From a virus, in IMG/VR virus record IMGVR_UViG_3300010430_000007, positions 1 through 64,000 of that record: 64,000 nucleotides of DNA; one strand, given 5' to 3'. Shown here in pieces: positions 43,417 through 55,951 of this stretch; the stretch's first letter is position 1; each line of letters opens with the position of its first letter. Below the pieces are notes generated by a model. That model had not been told where the DNA came from, made no database searches, and saw only the letters and a program-made list of their open reading frames with translations. Made by a program: the position numbers and the translations under genes.

Positions 43417-46278
43417 TATTACTCCTCCTTATTCAACTTCAATCTCTCTGATTCTATAATCATGCAAATCATAAATAAAACTCTGTAAATCATAAAATTC
43501 ATCACATAATTTACATTTGTCTTTTTCACATTCCTCTACATGTTCAGCCAAAACATTAAATCTCTCAGTATCATCCTTTATTTTGTGGTTCAAGTCGCCC
43601 AAAATCTTTTTAGCTTCATCTTCATTAAACCTAGCACAATGAATATACTCATGATAATCTTCCCATTCTCCATGAGAGCCCATAATTAAATATACTTTAG
43701 TCATTTAAGTTACCTATATTTACGATAATATCACTCTCGGTTATTTGATATTTATCAAATACCTCTAATTCCCATAATGAACAATACATAGGAAACTCAT
43801 CAATATCTGCTAAATCTCCAATCATACTTTTTCTATCTGAGCAATTAGATAAAATTCCATTTATCATCACTTCTGCATCATAAGTATCTGCTAATCTAAT
43901 CACTACATTTGCCTTGTAAAACTTCTCATTAAAATTATTCATCTTTACTCTCCTTTCACAATCCCATGTTCTTCCAAAGCTTCAATTGTTTTATCAATCC
44001 AAACACCACGTTCTTTACATTCTCTCAATAGTCCACCAATTAAATATGTCATTGCTTTGCCTTTTTCAAAACTCACTGCGTGCGGATAGATATAAGTTGA
44101 ATAACTATTTAAACAATCCATATGAATAATGTTTCTATTTGGAATAACATTCTTATCCATACATTCAAAATAAACACTCTCTCCAACTATTTCTTTTACT
44201 TCTATTTCACACTCTTCAATTTTAAAGTCTTTCATTTTTGCCACATATAATGTATTCATCTCATCCTCCTATACATAAAATAACATTTTCATGTCCTACC
44301 ACTCAATTAAAATGTGTTCTGGAGTGCCATAATCCATAGGTTCCATTGATGTAGCCGGTTCATATGAAAAATACTTGGCATCGAAGTCATAAATGTTTAT
44401 TAGGTCGTGAATAACTTCGTTGACAACTTCTTCCTTTATATCTTCATCCACATAAGTTGGAACATAGAACATTAAATGATTCAAATTATCCGATTCTCTA
44501 AGCTCTCTTTCAATTCCACCTAACATCATTTGTTTTTGTCTTGTAATTAATCCTAATTTTCTATCGTTACTTATTTTAATCATTTCGTCTCTGTTAATCA
44601 TTTTAAACTACTCCTTTCATTCACTATTTTAGAACCTGAATCCCACTAATTTCACTATAACTAAATCCTTTGACTTCTGTACAATGTTCAACCCATTCTT
44701 TACCAATATAATCAAGATAAACAGAGCAATTAATCATAAGTCTATCTCTACCAATTCTAAATACTTTGCCAATATATACACTATTTTCTGTATGGAGACA
44801 TAGCATATCATCCATATAGATATTAGTGTCTGATACCCCATATTTATCAACTAGATGCACGAATTGACCATCTACACTATTTATGTTTAGTATATTTACC
44901 TCCTACCATCACTTGAAACACACGTTTCATCTACCTAACGCTTCCAATTTCTCTTAAATAATAAGTAATTGATACAATCACTGCACTAAATGACATTACT
45001 TGCGGAACTTCATGTGCCCAAATTGAATATAGTAGAGTTAGAATCCATACACACAAGCAAATCCAATCTAAAGCCTTCATAGTTTTTTCATTCATATTAT
45101 TTCCTCCTCAAATTAACCATACACTAATTTATTCTATTTGTCAACCATTATTTCCTGATGAAATGTAGTTTTCATGTGGTTTGATTCATTTTTATTTTGG
45201 CTTCTTTTACAATATTATTCAAATAATCTACACTTGCAATCATCCCGCTTTTCAAGGCTTCATAAATACTATCGCAACTTTCACTGTGTATATATCTACC
45301 ATCTTTTTCAACATACACTGTATAGGTATATTTTGGAATTGCGCCAGACTCAACCTTTTCTGAATTGCCATTTTCAATTTGATTAATTGTCTCATATGTT
45401 ATAATTATACCGAATTCATTAGCAAATTTTTCAATGTCTCTTAATATAATATAAGTGTTTCTAACGTCTTCCATTATGCCTCCTTTTCATCATCAAACTC
45501 ATGTTTACAACCGTCACAGAAAAATCCAGCAACACAGTCAATGTCTTTATTGTATGGACATTTTTCAAGAGGAATTTCTTCTCCCTTATTATTTAAAATT
45601 GTGTGTACTGGATCAATACAGTCAATTATTTTTATACCCATATCTTTAGTGATTTTTAATATATCATCCAATATCATTTTCTTTCTCCCATCTTCTGATA
45701 GCTCGTCTTTCAATTCGTTGTAGTCTAGTGTTTTCTTTCTTGAGTTTCTTATTTTCTTCTTGTAAATGATATTTTTGAACCAACAATGACGAGTGTTTCC
45801 TGCACCAAATTAAAGTTTGTTCTAGCGATTCTGAAAACTCCTCCTCGTATTTTGCTTTTTCATCTTCTGCAATGTTCAAAATGTCTTCTGTAAATATCTT
45901 TAATTGACTCCAAAATAATTCAACTTCTTCATTAAATTCTTCGTTTGCTGTTTCTGATGCATAGTCAAAAATAAAACTATTTCTATCAATCAATTTTTTA
46001 AAACTCTCTGTGGCTTTAATTAGTTTTTTCACAGCTTCTCCTCCTTAATACTTAACAAATTCAATCTACGTGTCCGCTTCACGGCACTACTATATACCAT
46101 TTGAAATGAAGATTTTATTTGGTCTAGTCATTGCTGGTAATTCCCATATACCAATTTAAAAATGCTAATAATAACTGTATTGCGACCCAAATTGCATCTC
46201 CTTTGATTAATGCCGAAAATCCTCCAGCCAAACAAAAACCACTCACAAACATATTAAATCTTCCATAATTAAACATAA

Positions 46279-46566
46279 TCATACCTCCCTCTCATCTTCA
46301 TATATACTCACATTTACAATACTTAATCGTCTCATATCATAATTATTCAGCCTGTATCTGCCTCCATGATACTGTTGTACGATTAATCCTTCACTCTCTA
46401 ACTTCTTCATCTTTCTACTTATAGAGTGTATTGCATTTTCAAACTCTTCAGCTATTTCTGTTAATGTCGGAAAGAACAAGCTCTCTTCAAAGTAGTCACA
46501 GATGAATTTAAATACAGCTTCCATAGTTGCTTCTTTATAATTAATGTCATATTTATCTACTGTCAT
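46279..46566 (-). CDS. LexA-type winged-helix DNA-binding-domain protein
   Basis: VFKFICDYFEESLFFPTLTEIAEEF...KLESEGLI matches the LexA N-terminal pattern; no peptidase domain. Confidence 0.7.
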   Translation of the reverse strand: MTVDKYDINYKEATMEAVFKFICDYFEESLFFPTLTEIAEEFENAIHSISRKMKKLESEGLIVQQYHGGRYRLNNYDMRRLSIVNVSIYEDEREV

Positions 46567-46567
46567 A

Positions 46568-46849
46568 TTAATTCTCTCTTCCGTTTTTACCAACATTATT
46601 CTCAGCCAACTCAATCATCTTGCTGTTACTCAATCTCCATGAGCCTCCATGAAATTGTTGAATAATCAAACCTCTGTCTTCCAGATTATTCATTCTACGT
46701 TTAATTTCTCTCATTGACATTCCACCAAACTCATATGCAATTTCTCTGTAGTTTGGAAAGAATAAGAACTCCTCATAATATTCACATATGAATTCATAAA
46801 TTGTAGTCGCTCCATCTGTGATTTGTTGCTCAGTTTGTTTTAATCTCAT
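46568..46849 (-). CDS. LexA-type winged-helix DNA-binding-domain protein (tandem paralog)
   Basis: IYEFICEYYEEFLFFPNYREIAYEF...NLEDRGLIIQQFHGG. Confidence 0.7.
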   Translation of the reverse strand: MRLKQTEQQITDGATTIYEFICEYYEEFLFFPNYREIAYEFGGMSMREIKRRMNNLEDRGLIIQQFHGGSWRLSNSKMIELAENNVGKNGREN

Positions 46850-46922
46850 TTGATTCACCTCTACAAATAGTATATCATAATATATGTTAGAATTCAATCA
46901 TTATTTTATGAATTCCAAAATT

Positions 46923-47531
46923 TTATTTAATAGTGTTGCGAAATAAATTACCTCTTGGCTTAGTACATATAATTGTGTTTGAACTTCCATTGACTTCAAC
47001 GCTTTTCCATTGAAGTTTAAGAGTTCTTTTTAATCTTTCAAGCTCTTTCCTTGTTGTGTACCTAACTTCGTGTCTATTAATAGGTTTTTTATTTTCATCT
47101 TTGTTATCAATGAACTCAACAGGATTTTCTTCAATTTTTTCGTTAATTGCTTCTCTTACTTCTTTTCTAACTCTTGGCTCATATTTATAATTATCCATCT
47201 TAGACTCTTCTATTGTACTTTTACCTTGAGCTTTTCTTATCTCATTTGAAATACTGGGAACTTTACTCAATGTTTCATATAGCGGTTTCAGTGTTCTTAG
47301 TTCATTTTTTAGCATTCTTCTTTCTTTTCTTAACTCTCTGATTTCTTTATAAACATTGAATCCAGTTACGACATCATAAGAACTTTCTTCTATTTCATGA
47401 AGTACATCTTGCAATAATCCATTAACCTCTGACAATCTTTCTTCGTCCTTTTCATATAATTCAACAGTCATTTCCATTTGAGTTGCTATATCATTTGCTA
47501 CCGAACTTCCTTTTATAATTTCTCTACACAT
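46923..47531 (-). CDS. Coiled-coil hypothetical protein
   Basis: 202 aa; promoter upstream with -35 TTGCAA near 47590. Confidence 0.7.
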   Translation of the reverse strand: MCREIIKGSSVANDIATQMEMTVELYEKDEERLSEVNGLLQDVLHEIEESSYDVVTGFNVYKEIRELRKERRMLKNELRTLKPLYETLSKVPSISNEIRKAQGKSTIEESKMDNYKYEPRVRKEVREAINEKIEENPVEFIDNKDENKKPINRHEVRYTTRKELERLKRTLKLQWKSVEVNGSSNTIICTKPRGNLFRNTIK

Positions 47532-47631
47532 TTTATTACTCCTCCTCTTTCGTTATCTTCTATAATCATTATAGCATACTGAAATAGAATTGCAAGCGAT
47601 TTTGAAAAGTTTTTTAAATTATTTTTATAGT

Positions 47632-47656
47632 AAAAAAAGAACCCGAAATGGGCTCT
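47632..47656 (-). terminator. Intrinsic terminator
   Basis: AGAGCCC-ATTTC-GGGTTCT plus T7. Confidence 0.8.
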
Positions 47657-48038
47657 AATTGTTATTCCTATTGTCGAGCGATGCTTTTAATTGACAAGAT
47701 GTAAAAACTTTATATACTTCCAATTCACTCAAAGCATGAAGCAGTTCGCTCTCTTCAAAATCATACCTCTCATTCCATCCATCCACAATCAGTATTTCTG
47801 GTTTTCCTGCATCTTTAATTATTGACTGTATACCTTTAACATCAATATCGTCAAATTCTCTGAACTCTATTTGTGATTCTTCTAAATTTACATTCATAAA
47901 ATCAGCTTTTCTAATCAATTCTTCTATTGAAATCTCATTACTTAAAAACAAAGCTCTCCCAGTAAAATTGTCTAACTCTTTAATTAGCTCATTTGTTTTT
48001 CCGCTTCCTGCGGTTCCATAAATCTTTTTGTATAACAT
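47655..48038 (-). CDS. Small RecA-like P-loop protein
   Basis: IYGTAGSGKT Walker A, FLSNE, LIVDG Walker B. Confidence 0.65.
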   Translation of the reverse strand: MLYKKIYGTAGSGKTNELIKELDNFTGRALFLSNEISIEELIRKADFMNVNLEESQIEFREFDDIDVKGIQSIIKDAGKPEILIVDGWNERYDFEESELLHALSELEVYKVFTSCQLKASLDNRNNN

Positions 48039-48094
48039 ATTTTTCCTCCTAAATTTTGTTTTAGCCCCACATAAAACTAATGTTTCATTTGGTT

Positions 48095-48553
48095 TTACCA
48101 CTCAAAAGACTTCTCAAAATCGCTAACGGTAATTAAATCTTCTCCTATAGAAATTCTAAACTGCTTAAGGTATTCATAAATTTCATCATGACTAAATTGT
48201 TTGTCGATATGCTCTATTTTGTATGATGTATAATAGCTACTCCCAAATCCACCACCTGCAATTTCAGATGATAAGTGCTCAAGTAGCTCGTTGGATACTA
48301 ATGGATAATCCTCTTCGCTATCATCTTCCTCTAATACATATAGGTCGATAGAGCTCATTCCAAGTATATCTAGAATAGTTCCACTACTTGTACTTGTGTC
48401 TCCTGCACACTCGTAACACCCTCTTCCATTGTTTTTGGTAATTCTGAATTTTGCTGATTCTATACCAACATCTGACAAAATCAATATCAATTCAGAAAGT
48501 TTTAAATCTCCATGTTTTTGTTTAAGTTCTTTAATTTCATTTAAAATACTCAT
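48095..48553 (-). CDS. Hypothetical protein
   Basis: SD GGAGG before MSILNEIK; promoter -35 at 48605. Confidence 0.65.
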   Translation of the reverse strand: MSILNEIKELKQKHGDLKLSELILILSDVGIESAKFRITKNNGRGCYECAGDTSTSSGTILDILGMSSIDLYVLEEDDSEEDYPLVSNELLEHLSSEIAGGGFGSSYYTSYKIEHIDKQFSHDEIYEYLKQFRISIGEDLITVSDFEKSFEW

Positions 48554-51538
48554 AATTAATCCTCCTAATATTTTATAATTTATTCTAACATAATTACTTT
48601 TATTTGTCAAGTGTTGTTTTAGTTGATTTTCTAATCATTAATCCTCCTCACTAAAATGCCATCTGTATCACAATAATAATGACATGTTGGACACGCAACT
48701 CTCGATTGAGTGTATAATCCTTTGTCTATGATTTCTATGTCTGACGCATTAAAAGAGAACTGCGTACTACACTTTATGCATGTCGTTTTTCTATCGTCTA
48801 GATTTAATATCTTCATAAGCCCTCCTTTTATTTTACACATGAATTATCAATTTCATGTTGTTTATTCTACTGTGGATACATCCCAGTCGTATTCTTCTCC
48901 AATTACATAAGAATCTTCTTCATAGTCTTCAATATTATCTCCGTCTATAAATTTCTCTAAAGCTTCGGCTTTATTTTCTGCTTCAATTATAGAGACTCTT
49001 GTCTGCCTACAATCATATTTTATAATATATTTCATACTATCTCCTTTCTACGTCTATGAAATAACTGTTTCATTTGGTTTATTTACCTGCCTCTATGTAA
49101 TACCCGTTGGTGTTATTTTTAGAGACTCCAAGAACTTTCTCTACAATTCTTCTTTCATCAATCCACTTTACAGTAAGTCTAGTTGTATTAGAAGCGTCAA
49201 CTCTTACTCCACATCCAGAACATGCATGACTGCATTGATATGTTGGATATGGCTCACCACATTTATTACACACATTGACCTCGTGAAAATTTCCATCTGT
49301 AAATCTGTATTTTGCTCTTACTCCTTTTGGTTTGATTGTATTCATCTTGTCCTCCTTCATCTTATATATAATTATACCATGACCAAAACTTATTTGTCAA
49401 GGATTATTTCTAGCCTTTTAGTTATAAAATTATTATAAGTCTGTGGTCTATCAATTAATTTATTTATACCATCTAACTGACCCTCTATGTTTTTACATAA
49501 ATCAATCAGAGCAGAAAACCTATTTCTCTCATTTTTGTCAAAAGCTTCGTACATTTCTTTGTCGTAATTTTCTCCGTTAAACAGTTTCTTTCTTTCATTG
49601 ATTGCATTTTCTTTATCTTTTTCAAGTCTCTCTATAAGCCTCAATATTTCTTTAGTATCTTGTAGCATAATTACCTCCATTTTTCTATTTTTAACTTTAT
49701 AGTATTTCCAACACTTGTAGCCATTCAAACTCACGATGAAATAGCCGTTTCAAGTGGTTATTAGTAATAATCAACAACTTCAACCTTCACGAAAGATGTT
49801 TTAGAAATATTGATTACGCCTACATTTTCTATGTTTATTTGTCCATTTAATCCTTTTTGATAGCAATCTTTAACTAGTTGTTCAAAATCCTGTCTTTGTT
49901 GATTTGTATCTTCGAGTTCGTTTTCGAAAAAATCAGTGTCATACGTTTCTTTTACACCACTATCATACAAAACAATAAATCTTAATGCATATTTGTTCAT
50001 ATTATTTACCACCTTTCTTAAATCTTCTCATCATAATTCCAATTTTAATCTTATTACTCATCACAATCCTCCTAAATATCCAACATATAACCAGTTGGAG
50101 TGTAGCCAAATCTTTCACAAATTCTATCAATAATACTTTTAACTGTATAAACATTGACATCTAAATCGCCCAAGCTGACAGTAACTACTTCTTCACGAAT
50201 CATTACATTTTGTACATCAATGTCATAGAAATACAATTCGTTATATATTACCTTTTCAAGATTGTTCATCATAATCCTCCTATTTCAATAACTCAGCCAA
50301 TTCGTCTTCCAGTCTAGTCTTCTGTAAGTTCCAGTATTCTTTTAAAACTTCTAAGTCCCTAGGCAATAACTCTGTTTTAGACATATGCTCCGAGAATTCT
50401 TCGCCATAAGCAAGATAGAACTCATCCATATAACTTCTTGTAGCAAAATCAATTTTCTTTTCTATATCCTCTATTTGACTACAAATACTTGCAATTTCTT
50501 TAGCTTTTTTAATTTGTTCATCTTTACTCATCATAATCCTCCTCAAATAATCCTCTTAACGACTCCAGCTCTTCCTTCCCTAAGTTTTTAACAGCATCTA
50601 AATCCATTTCGTCCAACTCTCCAATTGCTTCGTCATAACTGTATTGTTTCAACGCGTCCTCAATAATCATAGCACAATCTACACACTCGTTGTCGCTGTT
50701 TAATGCTGTATAGTTTCCACATGTTACGCAAGTTCCTTCATGATTCATATTAATTTTCCTCCTTTGACAAGTCTTCCAATATCTTAGCAATCTCATTGTA
50801 TGCAGATAGTTTGTGATTCAAATCATCCATCATATCAGAATAATAGTCTCTGTTCTCCAAAAGCTCTCTGTATTGCGAATAAGAAATTTCTTCTCCTTTT
50901 GAATGCTCTTCTCTAATTTCTATTAGTCTATCATCTGCCTCATTCCATAGTGTGTTGTAATGAGTTCTGTAACTAGCTATATCGTCTCTCTGCTTTTTAA
51001 TGATTACAACTGCACTTTCTAAATTCATTTCATTTCCTCCTCAATCTCTCTTATTAATTATATTATACTGCTTGTTTAATCGTGTGTCAATGGTTATTTT
51101 AATCTTTTATCATTTTAATTCCAGTTTCTTTTTCTAGCATTCTCACCACATCATGTTTTTTGATGACTTTTCTTACGTTCATATGTTTCAACAACACATT
51201 TTTCATATCTTCTTTTGTATTCATAGTTCCAACAATTCTACAACATGATTCACAATATAGAGACCATTTGTCTGAGCAACCAGTATGCTTTACAACTCTG
51301 TAAACTATATGAAGACCTCTTTCATCTATTGGTGAACATATAATCATATCACCGTGATAAAACTTGAGTCTTCGTTTTTGATTCTTGAAATCTAAATAAT
51401 ATTCTTTCACATTCTTACCTCCGTTTTATTTTATAATTAATTTTACCACGTATAGTATACCATGTCAACACTTTTATGTAATTTATTTTGATTATTTTTA
51501 ACTTCAGATGAAAGCAAGATTTCATGTGGTTTTTGTAA

Positions 51539-51566
51539 TAAAAAAGAGCCCTAATATAAGGACTCT
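51539..51566 (-). terminator. Intrinsic terminator
   Basis: AGAGTCCT-loop-AGGGCTCT plus a T-run. Confidence 0.75.
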
Positions 51567-51983
51567 AGTTTCAAATTTTTTAACTGTTTTATTCTGCCTG
51601 TTGATTCAATATCATAGCACTCTTCGCACAACTCTAATTTTGCTCTTGCAACATAACTAACTTTATCTTTCAAATCTTTTTGCCTCAATCGTCTTCCGCA
51701 TCTATCACAACTTGATATTGAGTTAGATTCTACTCATTTGGTATCGACTTCTTTTTCTTGCCAATCATATTGCCCCAACGTCTTAAAAACTTTTATATGC
51801 CCTATCTCATCACACCCAGAAAACTGTGACCTAAACCTAGAGTGTTCAAACCATATAGTGTAATCACTGTCTTTTGAGCACAATTTTCGTGGTTGATTGT
51901 CTATCATCCAATTAATACATTCTTTAACACCTGTCATATTTTATCTCCTTTAATTAAAACCCAATGAAATTGGCATTTTATCA

Positions 51984-52718
51984 TTACTTGTTTAACTCCA
52001 TAATTACCTTTGCACCGTGCTTTTCTATAAAAGTGAATGTATATCCATTTATCGGACTTTTTCTTTTTCCGCTTAAATACATGCTTATATCAGGTGCTCT
52101 TATATTTAAGGCTTTTCCAGCTTTACATTGCGAATCAAATATCTCACCGGTTTCATTGCATAGAATTCTTTGTTTTCTCGTACTTATAAATTTGAAGTTC
52201 GGGTCATCGAATTTTGTTCTAATCCAATCCTCTTTTACCTCATCATAATATCTAACCTTTACACCATTCGAGTCGCATGCTTTACCTCTACAAGAGTACG
52301 CTATACTTCTATGGTCTATTCCCATCTTTACAGCCAATGCCTTTCCCGTTGGGTATATCTTAATTACTTTGTCATCTTCTACAATACAACATTGTTTACT
52401 CTTAGGGTATAATCCATTATTTCTTACGTGCGTCATGTTTTCTAGAGGGGTACACCATTCAAGATTGTCCACCCTATTATTTGACTTGTTTGCATCCTTA
52501 TGATTCACCTGTGGTTTATTTTCTGGATTCGGTATGAACACAGTGGCTATTATTCTATGCCTTCCATGTATGACACCATATCCCATACCTAAGTCTATCG
52601 ATGTTTTTACATATCCATCTTTATCTGGTTTATTTGACAAAGGTTTTCCTTTCTTGCCAATTACAGTGCCATAATTAGATATTTTATACCCATTGATTTC
52701 CTTCCATATTTCTTTGAT
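51984..52718 (-). CDS. NUMOD4-HNH-NUMOD1 homing endonuclease, probable ATC start
   Basis: [15 protein letters not shown] (NUMOD4), [37 protein letters not shown] (HNH), C-terminal NUMOD1-like repeats. Confidence 0.85.
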   Translation of the reverse strand: MKEIWKEINGYKISNYGTVIGKKGKPLSNKPDKDGYVKTSIDLGMGYGVIHGRHRIIATVFIPNPENKPQVNHKDANKSNNRVDNLEWCTPLENMTHVRNNGLYPKSKQCCIVEDDKVIKIYPTGKALAVKMGIDHRSIAYSCRGKACDSNGVKVRYYDEVKEDWIRTKFDDPNFKFISTRKQRILCNETGEIFDSQCKAGKALNIRAPDISMYLSGKRKSPINGYTFTFIEKHGAKVIMELNK

Positions 52719-52974
52719 TTATTTATCCTCCTACGATGTTTATTATCTCTGTGGTTTCATTATGTTTAACTAGAATGGTAAATTAAAACCAATTACATCT
52801 CTAGTCAAAACGATATCGCCATCTATTTCTAATTCCATTTTAATACTCTTGTCACTATATTCGTCTGGTTTGACTACGAAATTAATGTCAATATCACAGT
52901 CGTCAAGACATTGCTTAAATAGCTTTAGAAATTCATTTTTGTTCACATTAATCCTCCCTTAAATTGTGTTTAAT

Positions 52975-53367
52975 TTACTTTTGTCTATTCAAATATTCAC
53001 TAACTGAATACAAACTAATAAACGTTTTTCCACCATTAGTCTTAACCATCTTAGAAACTGCTCCAAGTGAACGTCTTTGTCCTTCAGTGAAGAATTCTCC
53101 TCTATCTTCATCTAAAACACAAAATAGCGTCTTTTGTGGTTGTTTATTGCTATCATCTACAACCTCGGCAATTGAATATACACCTGTCATCTTTGGTGTA
53201 ATTACATACAGTACAAAATCACACTCATTGCGTTGTTTAATTTCTTCTTCCATACACTCTGGAGTCCAATCATCTACAACCGGGTTGAAGTAATCAATTT
53301 CCAACATTTCAATTAAATCACTTCTCCATTCGCTTTCATTGCAAGTTCCGCCTAAAAATACTTTCAT
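52975..53367 (-). CDS. Nucleoside 2-deoxyribosyltransferase-like protein
   Basis: KVFLGGTCNESEWR...YFNPVVDDW...YSIAEV. Confidence 0.75.
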   Translation of the reverse strand: MKVFLGGTCNESEWRSDLIEMLEIDYFNPVVDDWTPECMEEEIKQRNECDFVLYVITPKMTGVYSIAEVVDDSNKQPQKTLFCVLDEDRGEFFTEGQRRSLGAVSKMVKTNGGKTFISLYSVSEYLNRQK

Positions 53368-53377
53368 AATACTCCTC

Positions 53378-53836
53378 CTAAATAGTCTCTCCATCCCAAT
53401 TTTTAATAATCACATTGAATCCACATTTTTGCAACTGATGAGTTGATTCTCTATACGTTTTTACATTTGCCCCGTAGAAGGTATGGGTACTGAGGTACGT
53501 CCCCCAGCTATCATCATCTTCTTTTGATTTAATCCATCCATTACAAACTCTTCCGCCGATTTTGTCTTCTTCGTCAAATCTTAGGTAATGTGTATCAGAC
53601 TCAATTCCACAATTAACCAATTCATCCCAATTATTAATTAATGTCGCATCTGGATATAATTCAAATAATGGAGTATCTCTCAGTCTAATCTCTTCTTCTG
53701 TCAGTTCTATTGGCTTCTCTTGTGGAGCTCCAAACTCAATGTAGTCACTAAATTGCTCATATTTTTTACTTGAGCTTCTGTTGTTACTTTTATTCATTCT
53801 ACTGAAGCTCTGATTGTTCCTTCTGTGTTTAGCCAT
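53378..53836 (-). CDS. Hypothetical protein
   Basis: 152 aa. Confidence 0.6.
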   Translation of the reverse strand: MAKHRRNNQSFSRMNKSNNRSSSKKYEQFSDYIEFGAPQEKPIELTEEEIRLRDTPLFELYPDATLINNWDELVNCGIESDTHYLRFDEEDKIGGRVCNGWIKSKEDDDSWGTYLSTHTFYGANVKTYRESTHQLQKCGFNVIIKNWDGETI

Positions 53837-55160
53837 TTTTATTCTCCTTTAAATGTCTTTCAACGGAATATAGTCTATTATCTATATTTTTTAAATGTCT
53901 AACTACTTCTTCGTTAATCTCTATCAGTTTACCTATACCCAAAAAATATCTTACAAGTTGTGACAGAATCGCAATTGCAATAAATAATCCAAGGATTATG
54001 ACAATAGCAACCAAAGTTTCTTTCATTTTAATCCTCCTAAGTCCAAATCCAACCTTTTTCACTATTAATAACCAACTCATACAATTCATCATCTGTAATC
54101 TCAACCAACTCAACAGAACCAGTTCTCCAAAAATATTCTTGATTACCTTTAGTATACATGTGTTTTATACCTACTTCTAATAGTTCTTTTGATATCGCAT
54201 ATAAATGTCCATCTGGTCTAGAACCAAACTCATATTCAGTTACAGGCGTTCTATATAATGCTCTAATCATAATAATCCTCCTAGTAAACAATATTGATAT
54301 AGTATAATTCCAAGTAATCCAGCTAAAAATAGCGTTGCTCCAACCTTTTTCTTTGTTGGTTTTATTGAAAATTCTTCACTACAGCTAAAGCAATACATTA
54401 GAGCTATAGATGCAATATAATATATAAAAATCATTTTAATCCTCCTTTAAAATTCCACTTGAAATCTATGTTTTATCGTGTTTTAATAATCTTCTTGATT
54501 AATCACAATTACATTCGTTGCATTTGGATTTAAGATTAGCTTTGCATCTCCCATAATTCTTAAGCTACCATCTTTGTCTTGAGTGATTGAAATCTCATTT
54601 CCATTAACGTCAAATCTAACAACATTAGTTTCAACCTCTTTAATTTCGTCCTTGTAATTATCTAATTTTACAGTTGTTTTCATAACATCTCCTCCTTATA
54701 AATCAATCATATCACAATATTGATGTGGTTGCAAGTGTTTATTTAACAATATTAATTATTTTATATCCTCTATGTTTCATTTCGCTTCTGATTATTTTAT
54801 CAGAAATTAAATAGTTATACTCGTTCATAATTTGAAATTTTAATTGTTGTAGGTTTTCAATCTGGGAATCAATATTCTTAATTATTCTAATATTGTTGGT
54901 TGTTTTATACTCGTTTAACTTAAACTTTTCACTCATTAAAATAGCAATTTCCTTTTGAGTTTTTAAATAAGTTATATCCTCTTCGATTGACGATATTTTA
55001 TCCTTTGCACTCTTTATAAAGTTTATACTTTTATTTAAGTTGTCTTTGTATATTCTAGTCTTTATCTTTCTTCTAATAGTCGTGTTTGATGAAAATCCAT
55101 CACTATAAATCTTATATAGGTTTGACAACGCTTTTTTATCCATATTACCCATATTCCCTC

Positions 55161-55562
55161 CTATTTCAATCTCATTTCCACACCATTTCTAGCCCACTTA
55201 TACTCATAATCTGTATCGCAATGTCTACATTTCCATTCTCTGAAGTCTTTATTAACCTCGTCAAAGAAATATCTATCGTTATATCCACTAAGCCTCATCA
55301 TGTTATAATCTCCATTAGAATGACAAATAGGACACCACGCTTTAGCATGCAAGTCGTTTCTATGTTGGCTATACTTAAACTCAAATATTACTTCAAAATC
55401 ACCTTTTTGAAATACTCTATCCTTTATGAATATGTCATTTCTCCAATATTCTAATACAAAGTTACCTGCTTTATTTCTCTTAGTAATTTCAACAATTTTT
55501 CCATCTGCTTTATTTGGGACTCTGTTTTTATTGTTTTCATTTTGAATCAATTTTATTTTCAT
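55161..55562 (-). CDS. Zn-ribbon hypothetical protein
   Basis: WCPICH and WKCRHC pairs. Confidence 0.65.
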   Translation of the reverse strand: MKIKLIQNENNKNRVPNKADGKIVEITKRNKAGNFVLEYWRNDIFIKDRVFQKGDFEVIFEFKYSQHRNDLHAKAWCPICHSNGDYNMMRLSGYNDRYFFDEVNKDFREWKCRHCDTDYEYKWARNGVEMRLK

Positions 55563-55579
55563 AATCTCCTCCTATTAAA

Positions 55580-55951
55580 TTAATATTCTTTTAAATTTAA
55601 AACATAATAAGCACACACTTTCTTTCCGACAAATCTTTCAATTGGATTTATTAAATCTGATTTTATAGAACATCCTCCTAAGTCAACTTTGTGTTTTATA
55701 TCATCATGTGTTTTTCCCTCATAAATATGAAACATCCATGTCTCATAGAAACAAACCACATAATCTACTCCTTTTACATGAAGTCTAAAGTATTCATCAC
55801 CATGTGGCAATGACATTGGCTCTAGTTTTTCAATATGTTTTAAGATAAACACACTCCACTTAAAGTCTTCTATAAACTTAGGTACAAAAAGCTCCCATAA
55901 AATACTAATTAATAATATCAAAGATGAAATAAATAATACGATTTCAAACAT
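55580..55951 (-). CDS. Membrane-anchored hypothetical protein
   Basis: N-terminal TM helix; SD present. Confidence 0.6.
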   Translation of the reverse strand: MFEIVLFISSLILLISILWELFVPKFIEDFKWSVFILKHIEKLEPMSLPHGDEYFRLHVKGVDYVVCFYETWMFHIYEGKTHDDIKHKVDLGGCSIKSDLINPIERFVGKKVCAYYVLNLKEY

